DNA from: Betaproteobacteria bacterium
GTDB taxonomy: Bacteria; Pseudomonadota; Gammaproteobacteria; Burkholderiales; Burkholderiaceae_C
Assembly: GCA_038126555.1 (NCBI GenBank)
Contig: JAYPFZ010000004.1
Location: 8,431-59,954, forward strand
Length of the DNA: 51,524 bases
Direction: 5' to 3'
Made by a program: the position numbers and the translations under genes. Below are positions 16,711-26,002 of this stretch, in pieces (within the stretch, counting starts at the first letter, position 1; each line of letters begins with the position of its first letter). The notes under the pieces were generated by a model. It was not told the origin of the DNA. It made no database searches and was given only the letters and a program-made list of their open reading frames with translations.

Positions 16711-18405
16711 ATGAAGTGCACCCACTGCCAACATGAACTCCCCGTGACGGCGCTGTTTTGCGGCAAGTGCGGCACGCGTGTTCCTGGCTTCGATTCAGAG
16801 GTGAAATCGCCCGAGGCCAATGCGCAACCCTCTCCATCGGTCGCCGGCACACCCCCTGCGGGTGCTGACGAGGCGGCAAACACCGCCACGCCGACGGCAA
16901 CCCCTCCCGCAGAGTCCAATTTGATGGAACGATCCATGGCCGCCCGTGCCGCCCGCTTGTCGGCGGCAGTGGGGGGCGAGACCGATCCGTCACCCGGCTT
17001 GGCCACGGCGCAATCGATTCAGGCCCAGCAAGCGGCCGCCCGCATCCAGTCGGCCAAATGGGAAGAGCAGCGCCAGACTTTGCTGCAAATTCAGTCCACG
17101 CTGGTGGCTCTGGCCCAAGCCCAAACCGGCTTGCGCGTGGAAGTGCAAGAGCGCCTCAAGGCCCTGACGGCCGATGTGGATCAGCGTTTGGCGCAAGTGA
17201 ACGACACCATGCAACCTTCGTTGCGCTTGGAAGCCCAGTTGCATCAACTGCAACAAGGCGTTCAGCAAGTGGGCACCGAGTTGCGCGAATGGCCCAAGCC
17301 CCCCGAAATGCCGCAGGCCATGGCCTGGGCAGCCGCTGACCGCCAGCATTTGGATGCGCAATTTCAGTCGCAACAGCAAGCGCTGAGTGAACACCTGCAA
17401 GCGCGCCTCCAAACGCTGGATGCACAAATCAACGGCCATTTCCAAAGTCTGGATCAACAAATTCAAGACTTGAGCCGTCAGGTCGCGGCGACCGAATCGT
17501 CCACGCCCCCTCCAGCTGAACCCCCATCCCCCATGCCGCTCACCCCGGCGCCCACCGTTCCCGCCGAGGACGTGTTGGCCCCGCTGGTGACGCAGTTGCA
17601 AGCCTTGCGCGATCAGGTGGGTGAACTCACGCGTGCGGCCGAGGTCTGGACGGCACCGCCGACCACCGCGCCCGAGTCCGCAGCAGTGGCCGAAGCGGAG
17701 GCTGAGCCTCCCGCGCCCCAGGTGGATGTGCTCGCTTTGTTCCAGGCGCTCACCCAGCACCTCGACACCGCCTTGGCGCAACATCGCCAAAGCCTGCAAG
17801 ACGATTGGGCAGCCCTGCCAGCGCCGGTGCTGGAGTGTCCCGCTGCAGCCGCGCCGGCGGCACCGACGGATCAACCCCTGCCCATCGACCTCACGGAGCT
17901 CAAGCAAGAGTTCGACCGGATGGACGGCACCTTGGTGCGCTTGGTGACTTTCCAGACCGAACAATCGACGCAAATGACCGAGTGGGTGCAAGCGCGTCTG
18001 AACGACATGAGCCAATCGCTGGAGCAGCAATGGCGCCAGCAGTTGCAATCGCAGGTCGAAGCCCTCACCCAATCGTTGGCCGCTTCGCAGCGGGTGGCGA
18101 TGCAAAACCTGATTCAAACCCTGAGCTCAGAGCAGCAAGCGGTGGCGCAGTTGCTGTTGCAAGCGATTCAAGAAGGGGGATCAACCTCCAAGATGCAACA
18201 GCTCGAACCCCGTCTGGAGAAAAAGCTCGAAGCCTTGTTTGCCGAACCGCATGCGGTCGAGGCCGCGCCTGCCAAGCCCGCTGCGGATGAGCCGGCGTCG
18301 TCGGGCGAAGAGACGCCCCTGTGGCTCTGGGCGGTGTTGGGTGGGTTCGGGGTCATCACCCTGATTCTGGGTGTGCTCACCACCGTCAACCTGATGGGGC
18401 ACTGA
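16711..18405 (+). CDS. Hypothetical zinc-ribbon / Gln-rich coiled-coil protein with C-terminal TM anchor
   Basis: CTHC-x10-CGKC at N-terminus; heptad-like Q/L helices; Pro/Ala linkers; C-terminal hydrophobic helix; GAGG RBS. Confidence 0.8.
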   Translation: MKCTHCQHELPVTALFCGKCGTRVPGFDSEVKSPEANAQPSPSVAGTPPAGADEAANTATPTATPPAESNLMERSMAARAARLSAAVGGETDPSPGLATAQSIQAQQAAARIQSAKWEEQRQTLLQIQSTLVALAQAQTGLRVEVQERLKALTADVDQRLAQVNDTMQPSLRLEAQLHQLQQGVQQVGTELREWPKPPEMPQAMAWAAADRQHLDAQFQSQQQALSEHLQARLQTLDAQINGHFQSLDQQIQDLSRQVAATESSTPPPAEPPSPMPLTPAPTVPAEDVLAPLVTQLQALRDQVGELTRAAEVWTAPPTTAPESAAVAEAEAEPPAPQVDVLALFQALTQHLDTALAQHRQSLQDDWAALPAPVLECPAAAAPAAPTDQPLPIDLTELKQEFDRMDGTLVRLVTFQTEQSTQMTEWVQARLNDMSQSLEQQWRQQLQSQVEALTQSLAASQRVAMQNLIQTLSSEQQAVAQLLLQAIQEGGSTSKMQQLEPRLEKKLEALFAEPHAVEAAPAKPAADEPASSGEETPLWLWAVLGGFGVITLILGVLTTVNLMGH

Positions 18406-18417
18406 AGTCACACCGCC

Positions 18418-19095
18418 ATGATCTGTCACGCCTGTCATTACATCAACCCGTCCGACAATGCCTATTGCCAGCATTGCGGCGTGAAGTTGTTTGAGATCGT
18501 GACGCACACCGAAGAGCCGTCGCCCACCAAGCCCATGGGGCGGCGCGCCAACACGGTGGACAACATTTCCTTGCGCATCACCCGCTCGGCGTGGTCGTTG
18601 CGCTGGAACCTCTGGTTGCCGTTTTTGGTGCTGGCTGCCTTGAGTTGGTGGCGTTGGCACTGGGTTTGGTTGGCCTCGGGCATTGCCACCGCAGGCTTGG
18701 TGTGGGCCCTCTACAAAGTTCGCTCGATTCACCGCATCATTGACCAATCCATTCCGGTGGAGCTCATTGGCAAGCAAATCATTGCCTATGGGCCGGCCAA
18801 CACCCAAGGCGTGTTTCGTGCGCCGCGTGGGGTCTTGTATTTGCTCTCGGAAGGCTTGTATTACAAATCGTTCAGCAACACCGACGAATACGCATTCGTG
18901 CACGTGAACCGGCGAATTGCCCTCACGGCCAAACGGGTGGGGGGCATGGGTTTGTTGAGCGATTGGGATCGTTTTCGCATCACCTACGACTCGGGCGAAA
19001 GCATCACCTTCACGGTGTTTGGTGCCCAAACCTGGACCTTCCTGATTGCCCTCGTCTGCGACGAGCGCTCGGGCGTGGCCACCCATTTGCATTGA
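18418..19095 (+). CDS. Hypothetical zinc-ribbon + 2TM + PH/GRAM-like domain protein
   Basis: CHAC-x10-CQHC; two TM helices; GVLYLLSEGLYYKS...ITFTV...W pattern. Confidence 0.75.
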   Translation: MICHACHYINPSDNAYCQHCGVKLFEIVTHTEEPSPTKPMGRRANTVDNISLRITRSAWSLRWNLWLPFLVLAALSWWRWHWVWLASGIATAGLVWALYKVRSIHRIIDQSIPVELIGKQIIAYGPANTQGVFRAPRGVLYLLSEGLYYKSFSNTDEYAFVHVNRRIALTAKRVGGMGLLSDWDRFRITYDSGESITFTVFGAQTWTFLIALVCDERSGVATHLH

Positions 19096-19119
19096 GGGCG
19101 CGACACCGCCGAAGGCTGC

Positions 19120-19668
19120 TCAAGCCTTGAGGTCGAGGCAGTGAAAGCCGTTGGGGCCTTGCTCAAAGTGGCAGCGCAAGGTTTCACGCACGGTTCGAAA
19201 AGCCAGTTCGTCCCACGGGATCTCGTGCGCTTTGAATAGCCGCACTTCCTGGGTTTCGTGGCCAGGGTCGAAATCCAGACTCAGCAAGCGCGCTTGGTAA
19301 AAGAAGTGCACCTGGCCCACTTTCACCACATTGATCACCGAGAACAAGGGCCCCATTTCAATGTGGGCCCCGGCTTCTTCTTGCGTTTCTCGGGCTGCGC
19401 CTTCGGCCAGCGTTTCGCCCAACTCCATGAACCCAGCGGGCAAGGTCCATTTGCCCAGGCGAGGCTCGATGTTGCGCTTGCACAGCAACACCTGGTCTTG
19501 CCACACCGGCACGGTGCCCACCACGTTAAGGGGGTTGTCGTAATGCACGGTGTGGCAACTGGGGCAAATGGCCCGCTCCCGCGTGTCGCCATCGTCGGGC
19601 AAGCGCCACTGCACGGCCACGCCGCATTGCTTGCAACAACGGGTGGGGGCGCGGCCAAAGGGGTGCAT
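19120..19668 (-). CDS. NUDIX hydrolase with N-terminal zinc ribbon
   Basis: CKQC...CPSC; Nudix box GFMELGETLAEGAARETQEEAG. Confidence 0.92.
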   Translation of the reverse strand: MHPFGRAPTRCCKQCGVAVQWRLPDDGDTRERAICPSCHTVHYDNPLNVVGTVPVWQDQVLLCKRNIEPRLGKWTLPAGFMELGETLAEGAARETQEEAGAHIEMGPLFSVINVVKVGQVHFFYQARLLSLDFDPGHETQEVRLFKAHEIPWDELAFRTVRETLRCHFEQGPNGFHCLDLKA

Positions 19669-19685
19669 GCTTGCGAGTTGCTGGT

Positions 19686-20381
19686 TCAGGCCATCTTGAC
19701 GCGCAATTCGGTCAAGCCGCCCACGTTGCCCACGAGTTCATCGCCGGCCACCACCGAGGCGACGCCTTCCGGGGTGCCGGTGTAAATCAGGTCGCCCGGC
19801 TGCAATTCCCAGCCTGCTGACAAGTGCTCGATGATCTCGGCCAGGTTCCAGATGAGCTTGTCGATGCTGCTCGACTGGCGGGGCTGGCCATTGACGGTGA
19901 GGGTGATGGGCGCAGTCTCAATGCCGCTCACATCGGCGGCCGGGGTGATGGGGCCAATGGGAGCGCTTTGGTCGTAAGCCTTGCCGATTTCCCAGGGGCG
20001 GCCTTGTTTTTTCATTTCGCCTTGCAGGTCGCGGCGCGTCATGTCCAGGCCCACGGCATAACCAAAGATGTGGCTCATGGCTTGGGCCGCAGGGATGTTT
20101 TTGCCGCCTTTGCCAATCGCTGCCACCAATTCAATTTCATGGTGCAGGTCTTTGGTGAGGCTGGGGTAGGGGGCCACACCCGTGGTGCCCGCGTTCACCA
20201 CCACGAGGGCGTCGGTGGGCTTGAGGAAAAAGAAAGGCGCCTCACGACCAGTGAACCCCATTTCCTTCGCGTGCTCGACATAGTTGCGGCCCACGCAATA
20301 CACGCGTCGGGCGGGAAACAGTTCGGTGCGGCCCACCACGGGAATGCCAGTGACAGCGGGGGGTGCAAAGAGGTAGCTCAT
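19686..20381 (-). CDS. Fumarylacetoacetate-hydrolase family protein (fumarylpyruvate hydrolase-like)
   Basis: CVGRNYVEH, HHEIEL, DMTRRDLQ, GDLIYTGTPEGV. Confidence 0.92.
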   Translation of the reverse strand: MSYLFAPPAVTGIPVVGRTELFPARRVYCVGRNYVEHAKEMGFTGREAPFFFLKPTDALVVVNAGTTGVAPYPSLTKDLHHEIELVAAIGKGGKNIPAAQAMSHIFGYAVGLDMTRRDLQGEMKKQGRPWEIGKAYDQSAPIGPITPAADVSGIETAPITLTVNGQPRQSSSIDKLIWNLAEIIEHLSAGWELQPGDLIYTGTPEGVASVVAGDELVGNVGGLTELRVKMA

Positions 20382-20489
20382 GGTTGCCTTTCAATGGGTT
20401 GGAAGTGACAAGAATTCGGCGTAGTTTAGGGAAAACCGGGGGATTGACCAGCGACACCTGTCACCCGGGCATGGGGCTATCCTATGCGC

Positions 20490-21125
20490 ATGAAACTGCA
20501 CAACTACTTCCGATCCTCGTCCTCCTACCGGGTTCGCATCGCTTTGAACCTCAAGGGCTTGCCCTTCGATTACTTGCCGGTGCATCTGGCCAAGGGGGAG
20601 CATTTGCAGCCGCCCTTCCAAAGCCTGAGCCCCGATGGCTTGGTGCCTGTCTTGGAAACCGAGGGGCATCGCTTGTCGCAATCGCTGGCCATTGTGGAAT
20701 TTTTGGAGGAAACCCACCCCAGTCCGGCCTTGTTGCCCACCGACCCTTGGGGCCGTGCCCGGGTGCGTGCCTTGGCGCAAACCATTGCTTGTGAGATTCA
20801 CCCCATCAACAACTTGCGCATTCTGAAATACCTCACAGGCCCCTTGGGCGTGTCCGAAGCTGACAAGCTGGCGTGGATTCACCACTGGGTGACCACGGGG
20901 CTCACCGCGGTGGAGCGCCTGCTCAGCGACCCGCAGACGGGCGACTTTTGTCATGGCAACCAACCGGGCCTGGCCGATTTGTGTCTGGTGCCGCAGGTCT
21001 TCAATGCCCAGCGCTTCGATGTGCCCTTGGCGGCCTTCCCAAAGGTGATGCGCATTCACGACCGATGCCAAGACTTGCCGGCGTTTGCCCAGGCCCATCC
21101 GTCGCGGTGTCCCGACGCAGGTTAA
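20490..21125 (+). CDS. maiA: Maleylacetoacetate/maleylpyruvate isomerase (GST zeta)
   Basis: YFRSSSSYRVRIALNLKG, ACEIHPINNLR, LADLCLVPQ. Confidence 0.93.
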   Translation: MKLHNYFRSSSSYRVRIALNLKGLPFDYLPVHLAKGEHLQPPFQSLSPDGLVPVLETEGHRLSQSLAIVEFLEETHPSPALLPTDPWGRARVRALAQTIACEIHPINNLRILKYLTGPLGVSEADKLAWIHHWVTTGLTAVERLLSDPQTGDFCHGNQPGLADLCLVPQVFNAQRFDVPLAAFPKVMRIHDRCQDLPAFAQAHPSRCPDAG

Positions 21126-21132
21126 GGCCGTC

Positions 21133-21921
21133 ATGCCCATCCCCACGCAATGGCTCAGGCCCGAGGGTTTGCCAACGGGTGTCCACGCCGTGTTCACGAC
21201 CCGCGACGGCGGGGTTTCCGCCGCGCCTTGGCAGAGCCTGAATCTGGGTGACCATGTGGGCGATGACCCACAAGCGGTGGCGCGCAACCGCACACGGGTC
21301 GCGCAAGCCGTGGGTGTGCCCCTGGGCTTCGCGAAGCAAGTGCATGGCGTGGCGCTGGCCCCATGTCCTCGGCCGGGCGAGGCTGTGCCCGAGGCCGATG
21401 CCCTGTGGACCGACCAACCCGGTTTGGCCTGCGTGATGATGGTGGCCGATTGCTTGCCCGTGCTCTGGAGCGATGACCGGGGCGAGGTGGTGGCCGCCAG
21501 CCATGCGGGCTGGCGTGGTTTGCTGGGTCAGGGTGGCGCTGGCATTTTGGAAACCACTTGGGCGGGTTTGCGGGCCTTGCGGCCCCAGGCCCAGTGGCAC
21601 GCCTGGCTGGGCCCTTGCATTGGACCGCGGGCGTTTGAGGTGGGTGCCGAGGTGCGAGACGCCTTCGTGGCCGATGCGCCCAGTGCCGCTGCCCGCTTTC
21701 GCCCCAGCCCTTGGCATGCCCGCCGCTTCTTGGCGGATTTGCCGGGCATGGCCCGCGACCGCTTGGCTCGTCTGGGGGTGCATCAGGTGTGGGGCAACGA
21801 CGGCAGCGACGACTGGTGCACCGTCACCCAGTCGCAGCGATTTTTTTCGCACCGACGCGAGGGGCAAACCCCTGGCCGACCCGCCGGCACCGGACGCATG
21901 GCGGCCATCATCTGGCGTTAA
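21133..21921 (+). CDS. pgeF: Peptidoglycan editing factor PgeF / YfiH-family purine nucleoside phosphorylase
   Basis: TTRDGGVS, LNLGDHVGD, QVHG, ADCLPV, HAGWRG, FFSHRR. Confidence 0.92.
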   Translation: MPIPTQWLRPEGLPTGVHAVFTTRDGGVSAAPWQSLNLGDHVGDDPQAVARNRTRVAQAVGVPLGFAKQVHGVALAPCPRPGEAVPEADALWTDQPGLACVMMVADCLPVLWSDDRGEVVAASHAGWRGLLGQGGAGILETTWAGLRALRPQAQWHAWLGPCIGPRAFEVGAEVRDAFVADAPSAAARFRPSPWHARRFLADLPGMARDRLARLGVHQVWGNDGSDDWCTVTQSQRFFSHRREGQTPGRPAGTGRMAAIIWR

Positions 21922-22154
21922 TCCTGGGGGGGTGAAGGGGGTGTGGCGGGCGGCTGAGCCCGCTGCTGCTCGGCTTGCAAGGCACGTTTGCGGCGCAAAG
22001 GCGTGGCCATCACGTAAATCACCACCGCCAAGGGAATGGCGCCATAAATCAGCAACGTGAAAAAGGCGCCCAGCAAGGTGCCCGCTGGGCTCACGGCCTC
22101 GGCCACCGCCATGAGCAGCGCCACGTAAAGCCAGCCAATCACCACCAAATACAT
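21918..22154 (-). CDS. Small two-TM hypothetical protein
   Basis: 78-aa ORF filling the pgeF-phaC gap; GAGG RBS; two hydrophobic helices then a basic tail. Confidence 0.75.
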   Translation of the reverse strand: MYLVVIGWLYVALLMAVAEAVSPAGTLLGAFFTLLIYGAIPLAVVIYVMATPLRRKRALQAEQQRAQPPATPPSPPQD

Positions 22155-22252
22155 GGGAATCCTCGGAAAAGTTGTGCCATGTCAGCCCCTTGAAAGCGCG
22201 CTGACCTCATACTGAAGCCTCTGCTGCTCATTATTCCCGGAGTGCGATCACC

Positions 22253-23872
22253 ATGGCCAAAGCCTTCCCCTTTCTCCCTGCGATGCCCGAATGGCCGAAT
22301 GGGGTCAGCATTGATCCCCAAACCCTGGAAACCCTGCAAACCGATTATTTGCAGTCGCTCAACCAAATTTGGCAGGGCGGTGCGGCCCCCACCGGATTGA
22401 GCGATCGCCGCTTCAAAGGCGATGCCTGGTCAAATAACCCCATGGCCAATATGGCCGCCTCGCTGTATTTGCTCAACACACGCACCCTGATGGCCATGGC
22501 CAATGCCGTCGATGGCGACGCCAAAACCAAAGCGCGCTTGCAGTTTGCCGTGGAGCAATGGGCCGCCGCTTCGTCGCCCAGCAACTTTTTGGCCTTCAAC
22601 CCCGAAGCCATGCAAAAGGCCATCGACACCAAGGGTGAAAGCATTGCCCAGGGCGTGGGCAACATGCTGCACGACTTGCGCCAAGGCCATGTCTCCATGA
22701 CCGATGAGTCGCTGTTTGAGGTGGGCAAAAATGTGGCCACCTCGGAAGGGCAAGTGGTTTACGAAAACGACCTCTTCCAGCTCATCGAATACAAACCCCT
22801 CACGGCCAAGGTTCACGAGCGCCCCTTCTTGCTGATTCCCCCGTGCATCAACAAGTTCTACATCCTGGACTTGCAGCCCGAAAACTCCTTCATTCGCTAT
22901 GCCGTGGCCCAAGGTCACCGCACCTTTGTGGTGAGCTGGCGCAATCCCGATGAGTCCATGGCGCACACCACCTGGGACAACATCGTGGAAGATGGCGCCA
23001 TCGAGGCCATTCGTGTGACCCGCGAAATTGGCGGCGGTAAAACCGCCATCAACGCCCTGGGTTTTTGCGTGGGCGGCACCATCTTGTCGAATGCGTTGGC
23101 GGTTTTGGCCGCGCGCAAGCAAGACTGGGTCAACAGTGCCACCTTTCTCACCACACTCATCGACTTCACCCACACGGGCGTATTGGATGTCTTCATTGAC
23201 GAGGCCTTTGTCCAATTCCGTGAAATGCAGTTCCAGCAGGGCGGATTGATGGCCGGTCGCGACATGGCGTCCACCTTCAGCTTTTTGCGCCCCAACGACT
23301 TGGTCTGGAATTACGTGGTGGGCAACTACCTCAAAGGCGAGACCCCGCCGCCCTTCGACTTGCTGTACTGGAACAGCGACTCCACCAATTTGCCCGGCCC
23401 CATGTATGCCTGGTATTTGCGCAACACCTATTTGGAGAACCGCCTGATTCAACCCGGCAAGGCCCATGTGTGTGGCGAAGCCATCGACTTGCGCAAGGTG
23501 AAGCTGCCGGTCTACATCTACGGCTCACGCGAAGACCACATCGTGCCCATTGAAGGCGCTTACGCATCGACCCAGCATTTGCCCGGCCCCAAGCGCTTCG
23601 TCATGGGGGCATCGGGTCACATTGCTGGGGTGATCAATGCGCCGGCGGCCAACAAGCGCTCGCATTGGTTGAGCACCGCCAAAACCTTTCCGGCCACCCA
23701 TGCCGAGTGGATGGCCACGGCCAAGGAAAAACCAGGCAGCTGGTGGACGGATTGGAGCCAATGGCTGGCGTCCCATGGCGGCAAGTTGGTGAGTGCCCCG
23801 CGCCAATACGGGCGAGGTGCTTTCAAACCCATCGAACCCGCGCCGGGGCGCTACGTCAAGGCCAAGGCCTAA
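22253..23872 (+). CDS. phaC: Class I poly(3-hydroxyalkanoate) synthase
   Basis: PPCINKFYILDL; lipase box GFCVGG; catalytic D (EDHIVP) and H (SGHIAG); GSWW. Confidence 0.97.
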   Translation: MAKAFPFLPAMPEWPNGVSIDPQTLETLQTDYLQSLNQIWQGGAAPTGLSDRRFKGDAWSNNPMANMAASLYLLNTRTLMAMANAVDGDAKTKARLQFAVEQWAAASSPSNFLAFNPEAMQKAIDTKGESIAQGVGNMLHDLRQGHVSMTDESLFEVGKNVATSEGQVVYENDLFQLIEYKPLTAKVHERPFLLIPPCINKFYILDLQPENSFIRYAVAQGHRTFVVSWRNPDESMAHTTWDNIVEDGAIEAIRVTREIGGGKTAINALGFCVGGTILSNALAVLAARKQDWVNSATFLTTLIDFTHTGVLDVFIDEAFVQFREMQFQQGGLMAGRDMASTFSFLRPNDLVWNYVVGNYLKGETPPPFDLLYWNSDSTNLPGPMYAWYLRNTYLENRLIQPGKAHVCGEAIDLRKVKLPVYIYGSREDHIVPIEGAYASTQHLPGPKRFVMGASGHIAGVINAPAANKRSHWLSTAKTFPATHAEWMATAKEKPGSWWTDWSQWLASHGGKLVSAPRQYGRGAFKPIEPAPGRYVKAKA

Positions 23873-23937
23873 GCCGTTGCGAGGCCACGGCTTGTTATGC
23901 TGTCCCCATCCTGTGCAAACTGATTAAAGGTATTCCC

Positions 23938-25116
23938 ATGCAAGACATCGTGATCGTTTCCGCTGCTCGCACCGCCATCGGCAAGTTTGGCGGCAGCCTC
24001 GCCAAAATGCCCGCCACGGCCTTGGGCAGTTTGGTGATTCAAGAGGTGCTTCAGCGCGCCAAGGTGGACCCAGCCCAGGTGGGCGAAGTGATCATGGGTC
24101 AGGTGCTGGCTGCTGGCGTGGGTCAAAACCCTGCCCGTCAGGCGCTCATGGGGGCAGGGGTGCCCAAAGAAGTGCCCGGCCTCACCATCAACGCCGTTTG
24201 TGGCTCGGGCCTCAAGGCGGTCATGCTGGCCGCGCAAGCCGTGGCTTGGGGTGACAGCGACATCGTGGTGGCCGGTGGCCAAGAGAACATGAGCGCCTCG
24301 CCGCACGTGCTGCTGGGCTCGCGCGACGGCCAGCGCATGGGCGATTGGAAGATGGTCGACACCATGATCGTCGATGGTTTGTGGGATGTCTACAACCAGT
24401 ACCACATGGGCATCACCGCCGAGAACGTGGCCAAGGCCCACGGCATCACCCGCGACATGCAAGACGCCCTGGCCTTGGCCAGCCAGCAAAAGGCCTCGGC
24501 CGCTCAGGATGCCGGCAAATTCAAGGCCGAAATCGTGGACGTGGCCATTCCCCAGCGCAAGGGGGATCCGGTGGTGTTCAACACCGACGAATTCATCAAC
24601 AAAAAAACCAGCGCCGAGGCCCTGTCGGGCCTGCGCCCGGCCTTCGACAAGGCCGGCTCGGTCACGGCGGGCAATGCCTCGGGCATCAACGATGGCGCCG
24701 CTGCGGTGTTGGTCATGTCTGCTGCCAAGGCCGCCCAGTTGGGCCTCACGCCTTTGGCGCGCATTGCCGCTTTCGGCACCAGCGGCCTGGACCCCGCCAC
24801 CATGGGCATGGGCCCGGTGCCGGCCTCGCAAAAGGCCTTGGCCCGCGCGGGCTGGAAAGCCGCCGATGTGGATGTGTTTGAACTGAACGAAGCCTTTGCC
24901 GCGCAGGCTTGTGCCGTGAACCGAGCTTTGGACATTGATCCGGCCAAGGTCAACGTCAACGGTGGGGCCATTGCCTTGGGCCACCCCATCGGTGCCTCGG
25001 GTTGCCGCATTCTGGTGACCTTGCTCCACGAGATGCAACGCTCGGGCGCCAAAAAAGGCTTGGCGGCTTTGTGCATTGGCGGTGGCATGGGCGTGTCCCT
25101 GGCCATCGAACGCTGA
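23938..25116 (+). CDS. phaA: Acetyl-CoA acetyltransferase (beta-ketothiolase)
   Basis: NAVCGSG, NEAFAAQ, GHPIGASG, CIGGGMG; lies in the phaCAB operon. Confidence 0.96.
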   Translation: MQDIVIVSAARTAIGKFGGSLAKMPATALGSLVIQEVLQRAKVDPAQVGEVIMGQVLAAGVGQNPARQALMGAGVPKEVPGLTINAVCGSGLKAVMLAAQAVAWGDSDIVVAGGQENMSASPHVLLGSRDGQRMGDWKMVDTMIVDGLWDVYNQYHMGITAENVAKAHGITRDMQDALALASQQKASAAQDAGKFKAEIVDVAIPQRKGDPVVFNTDEFINKKTSAEALSGLRPAFDKAGSVTAGNASGINDGAAAVLVMSAAKAAQLGLTPLARIAAFGTSGLDPATMGMGPVPASQKALARAGWKAADVDVFELNEAFAAQACAVNRALDIDPAKVNVNGGAIALGHPIGASGCRILVTLLHEMQRSGAKKGLAALCIGGGMGVSLAIER

Positions 25117-25150
25117 TTTTTTCTTGGTAACGATTTCAACAGGAGACAAC

Positions 25151-25888
25151 ATGAGTCAAAAAATTGCATACGTCACAGGCGGCATGGGCGGCATCGGAAC
25201 CGCCATTTGCCAAAAACTGGCCAAGGCCGGCTTCAAAGTGATCGCCGGTTGCGGCCCCAGCCGTGACTTCGCCAAATGGCTCGATGAGCAAAAAGCCTTG
25301 GGTTTCACGTTTTACGCCTCGGTGGGCAACGTGGCCGATTGGGGCTCCACGGTCGACGCCTTTGGCAAAGCCATTGAAGAGCATGGCCAAATCGATGTGC
25401 TGGTGAACAACGCCGGCATCACCCGCGACCGCATGTTCCTGAAAATGACGCCTGATGATTGGAAGGCCGTCATCGACACCAACCTCAACTCCATGTTCAA
25501 CGTCACCAAGCAAGTGGTGCCCGGCATGGTGGAGCGGGGCTGGGGTCGCATCATTCAGATCTCCTCGGTGAACGGTGAAAAGGGTCAGGCCGGACAAACC
25601 AACTACTCGGCCGCCAAGGCTGGCATGCACGGCTTCACCATGGCGCTGGCGCAAGAATTGGCCAACAAAGGCATCACCGTGAACACCGTGAGCCCTGGTT
25701 ACATTGGCACCGACATGGTGCGCGCCATCAAGCCGGAAGTGCTGGAGAAAATCGTGGCCACCATTCCGGTCAAGCGCTTGGGTACGCCCGAAGAAATCGG
25801 CTCCATCGTGTCGTGGCTGGCCGGTGACGACGCCGGGTTCACCACCGGTGCCGACTTTGCCTGCAACGGCGGCTTGCACATGGGCTGA
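25151..25888 (+). CDS. phaB: Acetoacetyl-CoA reductase
   Basis: TGGMGGIG, NNAGITRD, YSAAK; AGGAG RBS. Confidence 0.96.
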   Translation: MSQKIAYVTGGMGGIGTAICQKLAKAGFKVIAGCGPSRDFAKWLDEQKALGFTFYASVGNVADWGSTVDAFGKAIEEHGQIDVLVNNAGITRDRMFLKMTPDDWKAVIDTNLNSMFNVTKQVVPGMVERGWGRIIQISSVNGEKGQAGQTNYSAAKAGMHGFTMALAQELANKGITVNTVSPGYIGTDMVRAIKPEVLEKIVATIPVKRLGTPEEIGSIVSWLAGDDAGFTTGADFACNGGLHMG

Positions 25889-25909
25889 GGCCAACGCCTC
25901 CTTCCGAAC

Positions 25910-25936
25910 AGCCCGGCCTCGGCCGGGTTTTTTATT
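25910..25936 (+). terminator. Intrinsic terminator after phaB
   Basis: GCCCGGCC-TC-GGCCGGGT hairpin followed by a T-tract. Confidence 0.8.
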
Positions 25937-26002
25937 GCCCGCTCTTTATAATTCCGCGCTTAGCCTGTGGCCTGTGCCCAGGCACTGACCTGGTCCATTT
26001 TC

